A DNA stretch of 64,000 nucleotides, from the NCBI GenBank assembly GCA_002269645.1, contig NIVC01000412.1, forward strand, positions 310,001-374,000. Reading direction: 5' to 3'. Position numbers and translations under genes: made by a program. The notes beneath the pieces are model-generated. The model did no database searches and was not told the origin of the DNA. It saw only the letters and a program-made list of their open reading frames with translations. Shown piece by piece: positions 1 to 16,745 of the stretch (position 1 is its first letter; each line of letters begins with the position of its first letter). Origin of the DNA: Macrostomum lignano. Taxonomy: Eukaryota.

Positions 1-233
<233 letters not shown>

Positions 234-239
234 CCTCAC

Positions 240-1206
240 CGTCGTCAAGCAGCCTGGCAACTCCGGTCGGGAAAATTTCATTCAGCCAAGCGCCGCCGCA
301 GGTCTCATTTCCGGTTGCTCCATCCGGGCAGAGCTGGTTGCACTCCCGGCGGCTCACCCGCTCGTACCTTCCGTAGGAGTCGCCGCAGTTGCACCAGGTG
401 CCGCCCTGCATCCCGAAGTACAGGTAGCCGCTGGCCCGGCAGTAGTCAAGGCAGTAGCGCTTGCTGACCAATTTAAAGTCCTGGTGCTGCTCGGGCAGAT
501 CCCGCTGGCTGTCCGAGTCCGTGTAGCAGCCCAGGCTGGGCAGGGCGTCCGGACCTGCTGCCGAATCAATTAGTCACTCTGATTCAGTCACTCTGATTCA
601 GTCACTCTGATTCAGTGCACTCTGATTCAGTCACTCTGATTCAGTCACTCTGATTCAGTCACTCTGATTAAGTGCACTTTGGTTCCGTCACTCTGATTCA
701 GTCACTCTGATTCAGTCACTCTGATTCAGTCACTCTGATTCAGTCACTCTGATTAAGTGCACTCTGATTCCGTCACTCTGATTCCGTCACTCTGATTCAG
801 TCACTCTGATTCAGTCACTCTGATTCAGTCACTCTGATTCAGTCACTCTGATTCAGTCACTCTGATTCAGTCACTCTGATTCAGTCACCCTGATTCAGTC
901 ACTCTGATTCAGTCACTCTCATTCAGTCACTCTGATTCAGTCACTCTGATTCAGTCACTCTGATTCAGTCACTCTAATTCAGTCACTCTGAGTTAGTCAC
1001 TCTGATTCAGTCACTCTGATTCAGTCACTCTAATTCAGTCACTCTGATTCAGTCACTCTAATTCAGTCACTCTGAGTTAGTCACTCTGATTCAGTCACTC
1101 TGATTCAGTCACTCAGTTTGACCAATCTATACCTACCATTTTCTTCAGCCCTGACAGAGTCGCAGAGCGAGCAGCAGGCCAAGATGAAGATCAATCCCCA
1201 CCGCAT
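240..1206 (-). CDS. Secreted WSC-domain protein, 5' part (continues off the window)
   Basis: Exon 1137-1206 encodes MRWGLIFILACCSLCDSVRAEEN (signal-peptide-like) with a phase-1 donor G/GTAGGT. Exon 240-554 (CAG acceptor, phase-1 GTGAG donor) encodes GPDALPSLGCYTDSDSQRDLP...YCLDYCRASGYLYFGMQGGTWCNCGDSYGRY...ECNQLCPDGATGNETCGGAWLNEIF, the WSC cysteine pattern. Not present in the ORF track. Confidence 0.9.
571..1114. repeat. 14-bp minisatellite (CAGTCACTCTGATT)n filling the WSC gene intron
   Basis: Near-perfect tandem units occupy almost the whole 555-1136 intron. Confidence 0.98.
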
Positions 1207-1778
1207 GACGCTGTAGGATTGTGAAATAATTTTTCAGATTCAAGTTGATATTTGACAGTATGCAGCATATATTTTTATAGAATGCATGGTTAGACTTTAT
1301 CTGCTTCGCTTAAGCCAGAATCGTTTACAATTTAGCTAGCTGCGCAACTTCGCACGTCTGCCACATCAGCTGATTTCATCGCAATGGTCGCAGATTCAGC
1401 AAGAAAAATGCTACTTCCACAATTTACAATAATTGGAGCTTGTTAAAGTTATACATTTTCATGGGTAACAAAATTCACTTGTGCCAAAGATCGACTAGAA
1501 GTAGTGCAGTGATAATTCAGTCATTTCAATTCATTTATGTTTAGGTATATTACCAGTTGGGTAATAAATTGGTTAATTAGTTAACAGATAGGTACGTATC
1601 TGTAATTACCTGCGTGCCTGTGTTGCGCTCCGGTAATTACTTGGACAGCTAGTTATAAATGGATCGTAAAAGTTTTATTCAACTTGAATAAAAATTATAG
1701 ATTGCAACCTTATTACTGTTAGGAGATCTTTTTCTGGCAACCAGGTTCAGTACCCAATACCTAGGGTATTCAGTAGCC

Positions 1779-3290
1779 AAGGTTACCCAACAATCAGAAA
1801 AGTACCCAGGTTACCCAACTAGTTAGAAAAGTACCCAGGTTACCCAACTAGTTAGAAAAGTACCCAGGTTACCCAACTAGTTAGAAAAGTACACAGGTTA
1901 CCCAACTATTTAGAAAAGTACACGGGTTAGCCAACTAGTTAGAAAAGTACACAGGTTACCCAACTAGTTAGAAAAGTACCCAGGTTACCCAACTAGTTAG
2001 AAAAGTACACAGGTTACCCAACTAGTTAGAAAAGTACACAGGTTACCCAACTATTTAGAAAAGTACACGGGTTAGCCAACTAGTTAGAAAAGTACACAGG
2101 TTACCCAACTAGTTAGAAAAGTACCCAGGTTACCCAACTAGTTAGAAAAGTACACAGGTTACCCAACAATCAGAAAAGTACCCATGTTACCCAACTAGTT
2201 AGAAAAGTACACAGGTTACCCAACTAGTTAGAAAAGTACACAGGTTACTCAACTAGTTAGAAAAGTGCACAGGTTACCCAACTAGTTAGAAAAGTACACA
2301 GGTTACCCAACTAGTTAGAAAAGTACACAGGTTACCCAACTAGTTAGAAAAGTACTCAGGTTACCCAACAATCAGAAAAGTACCCATGTTACCCAACTAG
2401 TTAGAAAAGTACACAGGTTACCCAACTAGTTAGAAAAGTACACAGGTTACCCAACTAGTTAGAAAAGTACACAGGTTACCCAACTATTTAGAAAAGTACA
2501 CGGGTTAGCCAACTAGTTAGAAAAGTACACAGGTTACCCAACTAGTTAGAAAAGTACCCAGGTTACCCAACTAGTTAGAAAAGTACACAGGTTACCCAAC
2601 AATCAGAAAAGTACCCATGTTACCCAACTAGTTAGAAAAGTACACAGGTTACCCAACTAGTTAGAAAAGTACACAGGTTACCCAACTAGTTAGAAAAGTA
2701 CACAGGTTACCCAACTAGTTAGAAAAGTACACAGGTTACCCAACTAGTTAGAAAAGTACACAGGTTACCCAACTAGTTAGAAAAGTACTCAGGTTGCCCA
2801 ACAATCAGAAAAGTACCCATGTTACCCAACTAGTTAGAAAAGTACACAGGTTACCCAACTAGTTAGAACAGTGCACAGGTTACCCAACTAGTTAGAAAAG
2901 TACACAGGTACTTAAATAATTAGAGAAGAACCCAGGTTACTTGACTAATTAGAATAGTACTCAGGTTACCCAATAGAGAAGAACCCAGGTTAACCGACTA
3001 ATTAAAGAAGTACCGGATTACCTAAATAGTTTTAGAAGTACCCAGGTACCTAAATAATTAGAGAAGTACGCAGGTTACCCAACCATTTGAAGAAGTACCA
3101 GATCACCTAAATAGTTATAGAAGTACCCAGGTACTTAAATAATTAAAGAAGTTACCCAGGTTTCCCGACTAATTAGAAAAGTACCCAAGTTACCCAATAG
3201 AGAAGAACCCAGGTTACCCGACTAATTAGAAAAGTACTCAGGTTACCCAACAATCAGGAATTACCTACTCAGGTTACCTGAAAAATGAGA
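1779..3290. repeat. 29-bp minisatellite (AGGTTACCCAACTAGTTAGAAAAGTACAC)n
   Basis: Period 29 (e.g. 2641 vs 2670), with recurrent 28-bp CAATCAG variants; degenerates after ~2900. Confidence 0.97.
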
Positions 3291-4157
3291 TTGCTACCCA
3301 ATGAGCAAAAAATGAGCAGCAACTTAAATAAATATTGACCAAAACCACCACTGTGCATAGACGCACCTGCATGTAAGATTACAAGTCAGTTTACTAATCC
3401 TGTCACCCCAACATCCCATCCGGCAGATCCTGTTCCCTCTCTTGCCAGCTGGCAAACAGATCTATGAATTTCTCGGGTTAAACTGAGAACTTAATCATTC
3501 ACCCCTGCTGCAGACGACAGAAAAAATGATGAAGCTATAGGCTTCTCAACCAAGGTCGTTATGGACGCTCCCCTTCCCAGCAGCCTGCATCCCCATCTCG
3601 TATTATTATCCCAACAGGCAGCCAGGTGCAACCCTCGCATTTTGTCCTTAACTCTCAAACCCCCCCCCGCAGTCTCGTTGCCATGGAGACCAGCCAGCGC
3701 TCTCCCTCCCTCCGGTCTCTGGCGGAGCTGTGTGTCTTATCCTGTCCTCCCCTCACTTTGTCTCACCCAGTCGGCCACGGCTATGGGATATTTAGTTGCT
3801 GTGGGAATTTTAACAACTACAACCCCCCACCCCAGAAAACTATAATTCCCTGATCTCCATAGCCTTGGGTTGGAGTGCGCGCTTGAGAGCTCTGCAGCTA
3901 GCCTTGTACTTGTATTTAGCTACCTCTACAAGCATAAATACGTTCTTGTAAGCTCAACTAAAGAACTCAGATAAGGAATCTTGCCTTTTTTTAACACCTG
4001 TTCTATCGAGCACCTACGAACTATTACGTGTAATATGGTAAGCAGAAGGTTTCACTATCGGCATTCTGGTTCATTTGGGTAGAAACCATCACCATAAAAG
4101 TACATAAGGTCCACTAGAAGTACAGTTAGACTTCCTCTGCTCCTGTCCGTCCGCCAG

Positions 4158-8137
<3,980 letters not shown>

Positions 8138-8792
8138 ATTGCAGATTGAGATCTCTATACTGCCGATGATCCTGAGCACAATGTATTGAATTTATTGATA
8201 TTGTGTGGAGAGAGCATCTTGAAATTAAAAAGTCTTTATTTTAAGTCCAGCCAGCAAGCATCTTTAAAACGCAAACTTACGAACTTGAAGTAATTAAATA
8301 CCCTAAAGTCTTAATTAGGTTAAAACAACACCCTTTTATTTCAGTCTGGTTCTTAAACCAGACGTTTTAACTGAACTTTGCCCTCATGTAGTAGTAAAAC
8401 TTTTTATTACAACAAATTATCTCTTATCAATTTAATAATAACGGCCGATAATTATTAGAGCGCAAATATACAAGTGCGGACACAAATAAATGCCGTGTGT
8501 CCCTCGCATAACTTGGCAAAATCAAAAATCGTTTTTGAAGGTCATCAAACTTCAAATAAGTGTTTAAGAGATGCGTGTTAAAGTTTGAATAGTCTGCTGT
8601 TGAGGCCTCTCGAGAGGATTTACCATAGACATGTCTTGGCTTTGCACTTGCTGAAAATCAAGGGGCTCTTGGCCATAGACATCTCAGTGGGTGGCCTGCC
8701 GTGCTTTTGAACTTCATTTCAACACCATTAGGCTGACTGTAATGAGCTTTTGACTATGGCATGACTGGCTCAGCAGCATAACTTAATTTGAT

Positions 8793-10068
8793 CTAGGGAA
8801 TAAAATCCCGGGATCCCGGGATTAGGCCCAAATCCTTCCCGGGAAAATCCCGGGAATGGACCATCGGGATCCCGACCCCGCTTTGCAATAATTCAATCAT
8901 TCATTCTCGAATAGTAGTACATGTATCTCGTCAGGTGAAAATTCATAACCCAGTTGTCCTGCTTTGATTTATTAATCTTTTTACGCGTAGCATGCAGGCT
9001 AGTGAGAAGGCTAGGGCTGCAGGGATACAAAACTGAAGCTGTTGGCAGATCGTAGGAGATTTCAGGTGTAACAATGTACGTGCAACTGTATGCATATGGT
9101 ACTCGCAGACTAATGTAATTATTATTCAAAAACCTGTGCACAGAGCCTAAAGCAATAGAAGGCAATTCCTCATTGTTTCCGATCACAGCGCTATTAGCTT
9201 GCCAGACGGGAGTCAAATCACTTGTTCATTTGAACTCTCCCTCAATCTCAAACCCAGCTAAAATCAAGGGGTCTCAGCCTAGATCAGAAGCCCCCCTATG
9301 CGAAAGACCTCATTCTCAACACTGTCAGGATGCCCAGCATAGAGGTGGTGGCAGAACTACATGTACTTTAAGCAGTCCCTACCTTCAAACCTCATTGGCC
9401 GTAGTTGGGATCAGAACAGTGGAAACTTGCTATCGGACCACAACCCAAGCTACCAGTTCTCCATTTAGGGCGGGTGAGGTCTGATCCCCTTCTACCCTGG
9501 TGTCAGTACCTCTGGTCATAGATCCAAATCTAAGCTATCATTCCCTAGGTTACATCACAATCAAGTGTGATCTTCCTGAGCTGATACTGGCATGTAAAAA
9601 AGCACGTCTATTACGCCAGACCGTACATCACACTCCAATTCAGAGCTCACTGTCAGCTTCTTCAACTTTCTTGTTAGCAAAATCTTATTCTGTTCTAATT
9701 TATTATTGAAAGCCCTTTAAAACCAGTCTAGATGGCTTCGTAAACCAAAATTGCGCCAACAAAGATTAGAAACTTTTTTTTAATCCCGGGATCCCGGCCC
9801 AATTTGTCGAGATCCCGGGATTGGCAAAGTCCGGGATATCCCAATCCCGAGAATCCTCGGGGTTTTCGAAGTCCGGGATATCCCAATCCCGAGGAATTCC
9901 CGGGATTGAAAAAGTCCGGGATATCCCAATCCCGAGAATCCCCGGGGTTTTCGAAGTCCGGGATATCCCGATCCCGAGAATCCCCGGGGTTTTCGAAGTC
10001 CGGGATATCCCGATCCCGAGAATCCCGGGATTGGCAAAACCCGGGGGATTTTGTATTCCCTTCCCTAG
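8793..10068. mobile_element. Foldback/MITE-like element with CCCGGGA subterminal repeats
   Basis: The left end CTAGGGAATAAAATCCCGG and right end CCGGGGGATTTTGTATTCCCTTCCCTAG form imperfect TIRs. ATCCCGGGAT repeats cluster at 8800-8880 and 9780-10050. Confidence 0.7.
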
Positions 10069-11548
10069 TCCTCACTGCTTGTGACTATTGATCATGTCTA
10101 AATGAAAAGCTAGGGTGAAACTATAGAGCCGCTATGGCCAAATTGCTACCATAGACAAAAGCTGTTTAAGATTGATACCTGGACTTTAACATGCCAGGAG
10201 TATACGAGCGCACTAAGTCTCTTGAGAGTCTAGAATATTTCCAAGTTTTTAGTAAACGTCAAACTGAGCTAAGGTTGTTAAAACGCTATTTAACTATTTA
10301 ACAATAAAAAATTTCTGAATTAGATTAAACTTTCAGCATCAAAATAATCATGCCATTTGGGGCCAGTCCCCAAGGCACATATGGGAGTGCACGTGCCCGA
10401 CGATCAAGAAAGTATGAGTTGCGCTGGTTGTGCTTATTGTTGAAACGAAAAGAAAGGAAACTTCTCTAATAAACTAGCTTATAGTTAGTTATAGACACAT
10501 TACTAGCAATAAATATATGCATATGCACTTTAACACGCGCAAGCCCGAATTCGTGTATAATATTCATTTTAGTCGTTAAATAAATATATATATATAAATA
10601 AAATTTTCTGTACAAACAAGTCACTTTAACAGCGTCAAAGTGAATGCACAATGAACAAAAATCAGAGCAGGTTAATTAGACAGGGATGCGTTAAGTGTAT
10701 TAAATATATGAGAACAGCTGCGGTTATTAACAAGCGAGCTCTGGGGATGAACTACAGATAAAAGTGCAAATCAGGAGTATTCATTCATTCAAGCTGCTAC
10801 AGAGAGCTGATTAAATATTACCTGGGCACACCTTCAAGGCGGTGTAGCATTAAAAAAAGGGCAGGTAAAAAAAAGATCCTTTTAAAAAAACGCAGGATCC
10901 AAATTAGCTGCATTTTTTGTAGCAGGAAAAATATAAATTTAGATGGCAAAATTGCGCGCAGACTACTTAAAATTGTTTTTAAAAAACACACACAGCAGAT
11001 AAGTAGTATCTTGTGCGCATATCTGTGGCCCCGGTTTGTAAATTAATATCAACTGCGAATGAGACGTAAGCTGTTGATTGATTAGCATAGTTAAGGACAG
11101 GTGTTTAATTGGTGCAGTCACTGGGGTTGGCAAGGCTGGTCTCAGGGGACTCGGACAGTCAAAAACAGACGACAATAAACAACAATTAACAAGCAGCAGA
11201 AACTGTAATTTTGCACATGTAGACACAATTTCTTACACGGATTACTACATAGATATGCACACTAACATATACAAGACAAGGAACTACATGATTCCATTTC
11301 TGACAGGTAATTTATTGCACACAAAAGCTCAAACAGCCACGGCTAGATAAATAAAAGAGAGATTCCAAACTGCTTGATTGAGACAGAGAAATTAAATTAT
11401 TAAAAACATTGTAAGAGCTTTTAATTACACAATATCGATAGAAACTACATTTTTAAAAAATTCTGAAACTTAAAAACGGATAAAAAAATCGCGGCAAACA
11501 AAGAGTGAATTAGAATAGCGTTTCTGCCTTGGCTCTGTTCGTTAGTCT

Positions 11549-12405
11549 ATAGCATGCTTTGCCTGTAAGTACAACTGTACACTCTGCAACCAGTGCACAC
11601 AGTACAACTGTACACTCTGTAACCAGTGCACACAGTACAACTGTACACTCTGCAACCAGTGCACACAGTACAACTGTACACTCTGTAACCAGTGCACACA
11701 GTACAACTGTACACTCTGCAACCAGTGCACACAGTACAACTGTACACTCTGCAACCAGTGCACACAGTACAACTGTACACTCTGCAACCAGTGCACACAG
11801 TACAACTGTACACTCTGTAACCAGTGCACACAGTACAACTGTACACTCTGCAACCAGTGCACACAGTACAACTGTACACTCTGTAACCAGTGAGTACACC
11901 GTACAACTGTACACTCTGCAACCAGTGAGTACACAGTACAACTGTACACTCTGCAACCAGTGCACACAGTACAACTGTACACTCTGTAACCAGTGAGTAC
12001 ACCGTACAACTGTACACTCTGCAACCAGTGCACACAGTACAACTGTACACTCTGCAACCAGTGAGTACACAGTACAACTGTACACTCTGCAACCAGTGCA
12101 CACAGTACAACTGTACACTCTGTAACCAGTAAGTACACAGTACAACTGTACACTCTGCAACCAGTGCACACAGTACAACTGTACACTCTGCAACCAGTGC
12201 ACACAGTACTACTGTACACTCTGCAACCAGTGAGTACACAGTACAACTGTACACTCTGCAACCAGTGCACACAGTACAACTGTACACTCTGTAACCAGTA
12301 AGTACACAGTACAACTGTACACTCTGCAACCAGTGCACACAGTACAACTGTACACTCTGCAACCAGTGCACACAGTACAACTGTACACTCTGTAACCAGT
12401 GAAGT
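11549..12405. repeat. 33-bp minisatellite (CAGTGCACACAGTACAACTGTACACTCTGCAAC)n
   Basis: An 11-aa periodicity (VHWLQSVQLYC) in overlapping ORFs; 35-bp variants present. Confidence 0.98.
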
Positions 12406-12567
12406 ACACAATCGCAGTACACTGTAAACTCTAGCAGCATGCACTAAAACGCTGTAAAAGTACAACGTCACTGCTACAAAAATAACAGCGACTGCCCCCC
12501 CCAGTTCCGCTGCAACGCAAGCAAAAAAAGCAACAAAGCAGCTAAAAAATGACAGAAATTCGCTAAA

Positions 12568-15361
12568 CTAACACGGCGATGGATGGCTGAGGCTCATGGG
12601 GGTATTCGGCTTGCTCCGGCAAGACCCCACGCTGCCAGCCGGCGATGGTGCCATGTGCGGGGGCGGCGGCGGCTGCTGCTGGACGCTGCTGGACACCGGC
12701 GGAGGCGGAGGAGGCGGCGGAGGGCGCGGCGGAGGCGGCTGCTGCTGAAGCTGATGATGATGCGGGTGCTGCTGGTGCATCATCATCATGGGAGGCGGTG
12801 GCAGCATGCCCATCTTGCCGTTGCCGCCATTATTATTATGAATATTATTATTATTATTATGGCCGAGGTGATTCATATTGTTGTAGAATCCGGACGAGGC
12901 CGAGGACGTGGATCGGCTGGGGTCGAACTGCGAATTCTCCAGCCGAGTTATCAGCCTCTCGTCTGCTTCTGCGCCCGCTCCGCAGCCCATCATGGTTGGC
13001 TCCGTCACGACCATCACGTCGGCCGGTCCCAGCATGCCAGTGGAAGCTGCCGCTGCCGCTGCAGCCGCCGCCGCTGCCGCATTAGCAGCCGATGAAGGAC
13101 TCGCCCTGGCTGCCTTCTTGGCGCCCTGACCGGCGGCGCCGTCACCAGAAGCGGCCGAAGCGGCTTTCCGTTTCTTGCCTTTGCCGGCGCTCGCCTTGCC
13201 GCCGCCTTTACCGCCGCCTTTGCCGTTCGACTTTGACGAATCGCCGGACGCTGCGGACGACGGGCCGCCGTTGGCAGTCGGCGGTCCGTTGCTGCCGCCG
13301 CCGCCGCTACTCCCGGTCTCGCGTTGCCACTTGCGATAGAGCACGTTGTGCAGACACTGGCGCGGCGCGTGACCGAACTGTCTCTGCATGGCCATGAGCT
13401 CTTGCATGGGCTGCAGAATGGCCGACAGGCGGGCGAAATGCACCAGATCGTTGGGCAAGCCGGCCCTAGTCATGTTCTTGGACGCCATGTCCAACAGAGC
13501 CTTGGGTGGGCCGGGCGGCGGGTGATGCTGCAAATGCGGATGCTGATGATGAGGCGGCGGCGGCGACTGCAGCATCAGGCGGGGCACTAGTTCACGGAAT
13601 CCGCGCACCTCCATACTCCATAGGCGAACTCGCATCTGGTCGTCCATGATGAATTCGATGTTCAAAGCCACGTCTGTCAGTACCTGGAACAGTGAGATAC
13701 GTGTTGGGAGATGGCATGTCAGAATTTAGTATACTGTGACTAGCTCTCTGCCCCCCTGTGGGGTCTTAAATAGCGAAATTTGTTTTGAGTATTCCCGACG
13801 AAAGCGGTACCTAAGGCGGTCCCAGATTGGGTCAACAAATTGAAAACGATGATACGTAACGGTACAAGTCGCAAAAAAAAATCGTCAAAGATTCTCTTTG
13901 AGGTGCTTTATTGTCTGCGACTCTGGGGAGACGCAAGTGACTCTTGGGCATATCTAGTTGCTTATCTAGCGAAAGTTAAGCGCCAACACAACAATTATTA
14001 GGCGAATTCTTTTGCGAATCTTTTACCTACGATTGTGCAACTGATGCAACAGTCGCCTCTCTGTTGCATTAGACACGTTTGAGTCGTTAAAAAGTCACTA
14101 GTCGCTGGAGTCACTTAATAGTTGAGACTTAAAAGCGATTCTTGTCACGGTATGGCTTTTTAATGGGAATTATCGCCCACGCGTGGGCCAACATCCTCAA
14201 TGCACAAAGAGTGTAGCCGCTGACAATGCAAAAATGAACTTAACATAGAAGCCGCCCAGGCTGAATGAATTACAACTCATAGGTGTCTCTCTTTATAGGG
14301 GGTTGTAGCCCTCGGAATCACGACTGAAAGGTCAGGGGTTCGATTCTCGACCCAGAACTCCGAAAAATTTGTGTTCCTGTCCTTGAGCACGACGCTTAAC
14401 TCTGCATTGCTTCAGTTCACCCAGCTGTAAAATGGGTGCCAGCATTACCTGGGGTCATTGAGGGTGTGTGTGGCGACCCCCAGTCCTTGGACTGAACAGC
14501 CGTACGCAGCCTTCAGCTGAGCTGTCGGTTGCACATGTGGTCATTAGGGCAGGTGTAATCAATTATTATCATTATTAAGGTCTCTCATACCTTGCACATA
14601 ACCGGCTGCACCCGATAATAGCTGGTGACCAGCTCTCCAGCCTGGCAGGACAGCACCAGAAGTGGTGGTACTGGCGGCCCCGGCCTCGGCGGCGGGCCCA
14701 GCAACGACTCGTGAGGCGTTCTCAGCCAGAAATAGGCTTCATCGCAGCCTTCCAGCAGGTATTGAAAGAATCTGGGTATTAGAACCCGGCCAATGACGTA
14801 GGACTTCGGGCCGGGCTCGTCTGGCAGCGGGCCAATGGACAAAATCATAACGGCGTCGTCTTCAAAGAATTCGTTAGCAAAGCTGTGCCACCACTGAATC
14901 GGCGTGTCCCGCGGCCGCTGCGACAGGCGCTTGTTGATCTCGTGGACTCGCAAGTCGGCTGTCGGCGGCGGGGGCGGCGGTGGCGGCGGCATCGGGTGGT
15001 GGGGATGCATGGGGTGATGATGATGGGGTGGCATCGGCGGCATCGCCGGACCGGCGTGAAAGCCGGCGGGGCCGCCGCCAGTTCCGGGATGGTGATGGTG
15101 CAGCGGTGCCGGCGGCGGCCTTGGCAGGCCCTGATGAGGAAGCGGGCCGTGATGATGGGGAGGCGGCGGAGGAAGATGATTGGGATGGTGATGGTGAGTG
15201 TGCGGCATCATTGGCATTGAGGATGGCGGCGGCGGGCCAGGGGCGTAGCGGTAGCCGGAGCTGGAGCAGCCGCCGGGCATTGAGTGGGGCGGCATCGGCG
15301 GCGGCGGCGGCTCGGGCGTGTGCACCGAGTGGACGCTGCCCGGCCTGGATGACTGACGAGA
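12568..15361 (-). CDS. ldb1: LIM domain-binding protein (Ldb1/Chip family)
   Basis: Exons 14591-15361 and 12568-13683 (phase 0). Dimerisation domain DLRVHEINKRL...WWHSFANEFFEDDA...GPKSYVIGRVLIPRFF, LCCD RQCLHNVLYRKWQR, basic KGKKRK, and LIM-interaction domain DVMVVTEPTMMG...DERLITRLENSQFD. The start is either ATG 15295 or an upstream exon spliced to the AG at 15363-15362. Confidence 0.96.
14282..14577 (+). mobile_element. tRNA-derived SINE, copy 2, in the Ldb intron
   Basis: B-box GGTTCGATTCTC; same central block and 3' part as 6262-6600; the ATT tail ends ~12 nt from the Ldb donor at 14590. Confidence 0.88.
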
Positions 15362-15929
15362 CTGCAATTTGTGTAGGCATGGATGACAATCGAACGTGCA
15401 ATATGTACTGTATAGCTGTGTTAATACTATGAATACAATAGATAATACCTACTTAGGAAGGGCCAGAAACTGTTTCTTAGAAACCATCAACTTTTAAGGT
15501 ATACAAAAAAACTTTATCATAAAACTTCCAAGCTGGATTGATACAATTTCAACCACTAATTAATGATAAAGACAAAACATATTTAGATTAAATAAAACTA
15601 ACAAAGCCATTCAAAAATATTCATGTTATAAGAAATATTCATGCACAAAAGCCCGCTTATGACTATTGTGATTTCAAATTGCCAAGTAAAGGTTTTATAG
15701 CATTTCTGTTTGAAATTAGCTAAAACTAGAAATTAGACCCGCTTTGTGGGACATAAAAATTAAAATTTACAGCAATACCCATTAGATAGTTTATGCCTAC
15801 GCCCCCCGTTGGGGGGAATTAAAAATAATGCCAAGTGGTTTTTACGTTGGCCCAAGAGTAATTAATAACCTTACTAATTATCTAAAATGATAATATCTAT
15901 TAATAATAAATTACAGTTCCTCCAGTAAG

Positions 15930-16745
15930 CATTGACATCTCAGCAATTCCCCCACCAAACCTAGACATCTCAATAATTCCCCCAAGCCTTGACATCTCAT
16001 AAATTCCCTCTTAAGCCTTGACATCTTATAAATTCCCTCTTAAGCTTTGACATCTCATAAATTCCCTCTTAGGCCATCTCAGCAATTGTCCTGGTAAGCC
16101 TGACATCTCATCAATTCCCCCCATGAGCCTGGATATCTCAGCAATTCCCACAATAAGCCATTACCCCAGCAAGCCTTGACATCTCATTGATTTCCCCCTG
16201 AGCCTTGATATCTTAGCAATTCTACCTGGTGAGCCTTGACATCTCAGCAATTCTACCAATGATATCTCAGAAATTCCCACAATAAGCCTTGACATCTCAG
16301 CCATTCACCCCAAAACTTGACACCTTTGGAACTTCTCCACCAAGCCTTGACAACTCAGCAATTCCATGTAGGCCTTGACATCTCAGCAATTCCCCTTAGG
16401 CCTTGACATCTTAGCAATTCCCTTTTACGCCTTGACATCTCAGCAATTCCCTCTTATGCCTTGACATCTCAGCAATTCCCTCTTATGCCTTGACATCTCA
16501 GCAATTCCCTCCTAAACCTTGACATCTCAGAAATCCCTCCAAGCTTTGACATCTCAGCAATTCCCTCCTAAGCCTTGACATTTTAGCCATTCCCCAAGAC
16601 TTGACATCTCAGTAATCCCCACCCAAGACTTGACAACTCAGGAACTCCCCCAAAGCCTTGATATTTCAGAAATTCTCCCAAGCCTTGAGATCTCAGCCAT
16701 TCCTCCCAAAACTTGACATTACTAGATTTCTACCCAAAGCCTTGA
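15930..16745. repeat. Degenerate ~28-31-bp minisatellite (AGCCTTGACATCTCAGCAATTCCC)
   Basis: Conserved core with variable linkers; single related units at ~24413-24454 (inverted) and ~54626. Confidence 0.9.

Noticed and set aside
1149-1216. Plus-strand terminal exon LTESQSEQQAKMKINPHRMTL*
   Set aside because: It is the antisense of the better-supported signal-peptide exon of the WSC gene, which has a phase-matched donor.
3300-4050. ORFs 3561-3845 and 3626-3853; possible LTR or LINE end
   Set aside because: No recognisable domain, splice context, terminal repeat or second copy in the window.
11549-12405. CRISPR-like regular spacing in the arrays
   Set aside because: Units are contiguous with no unique spacers, the context is eukaryotic, and there are no cas genes.
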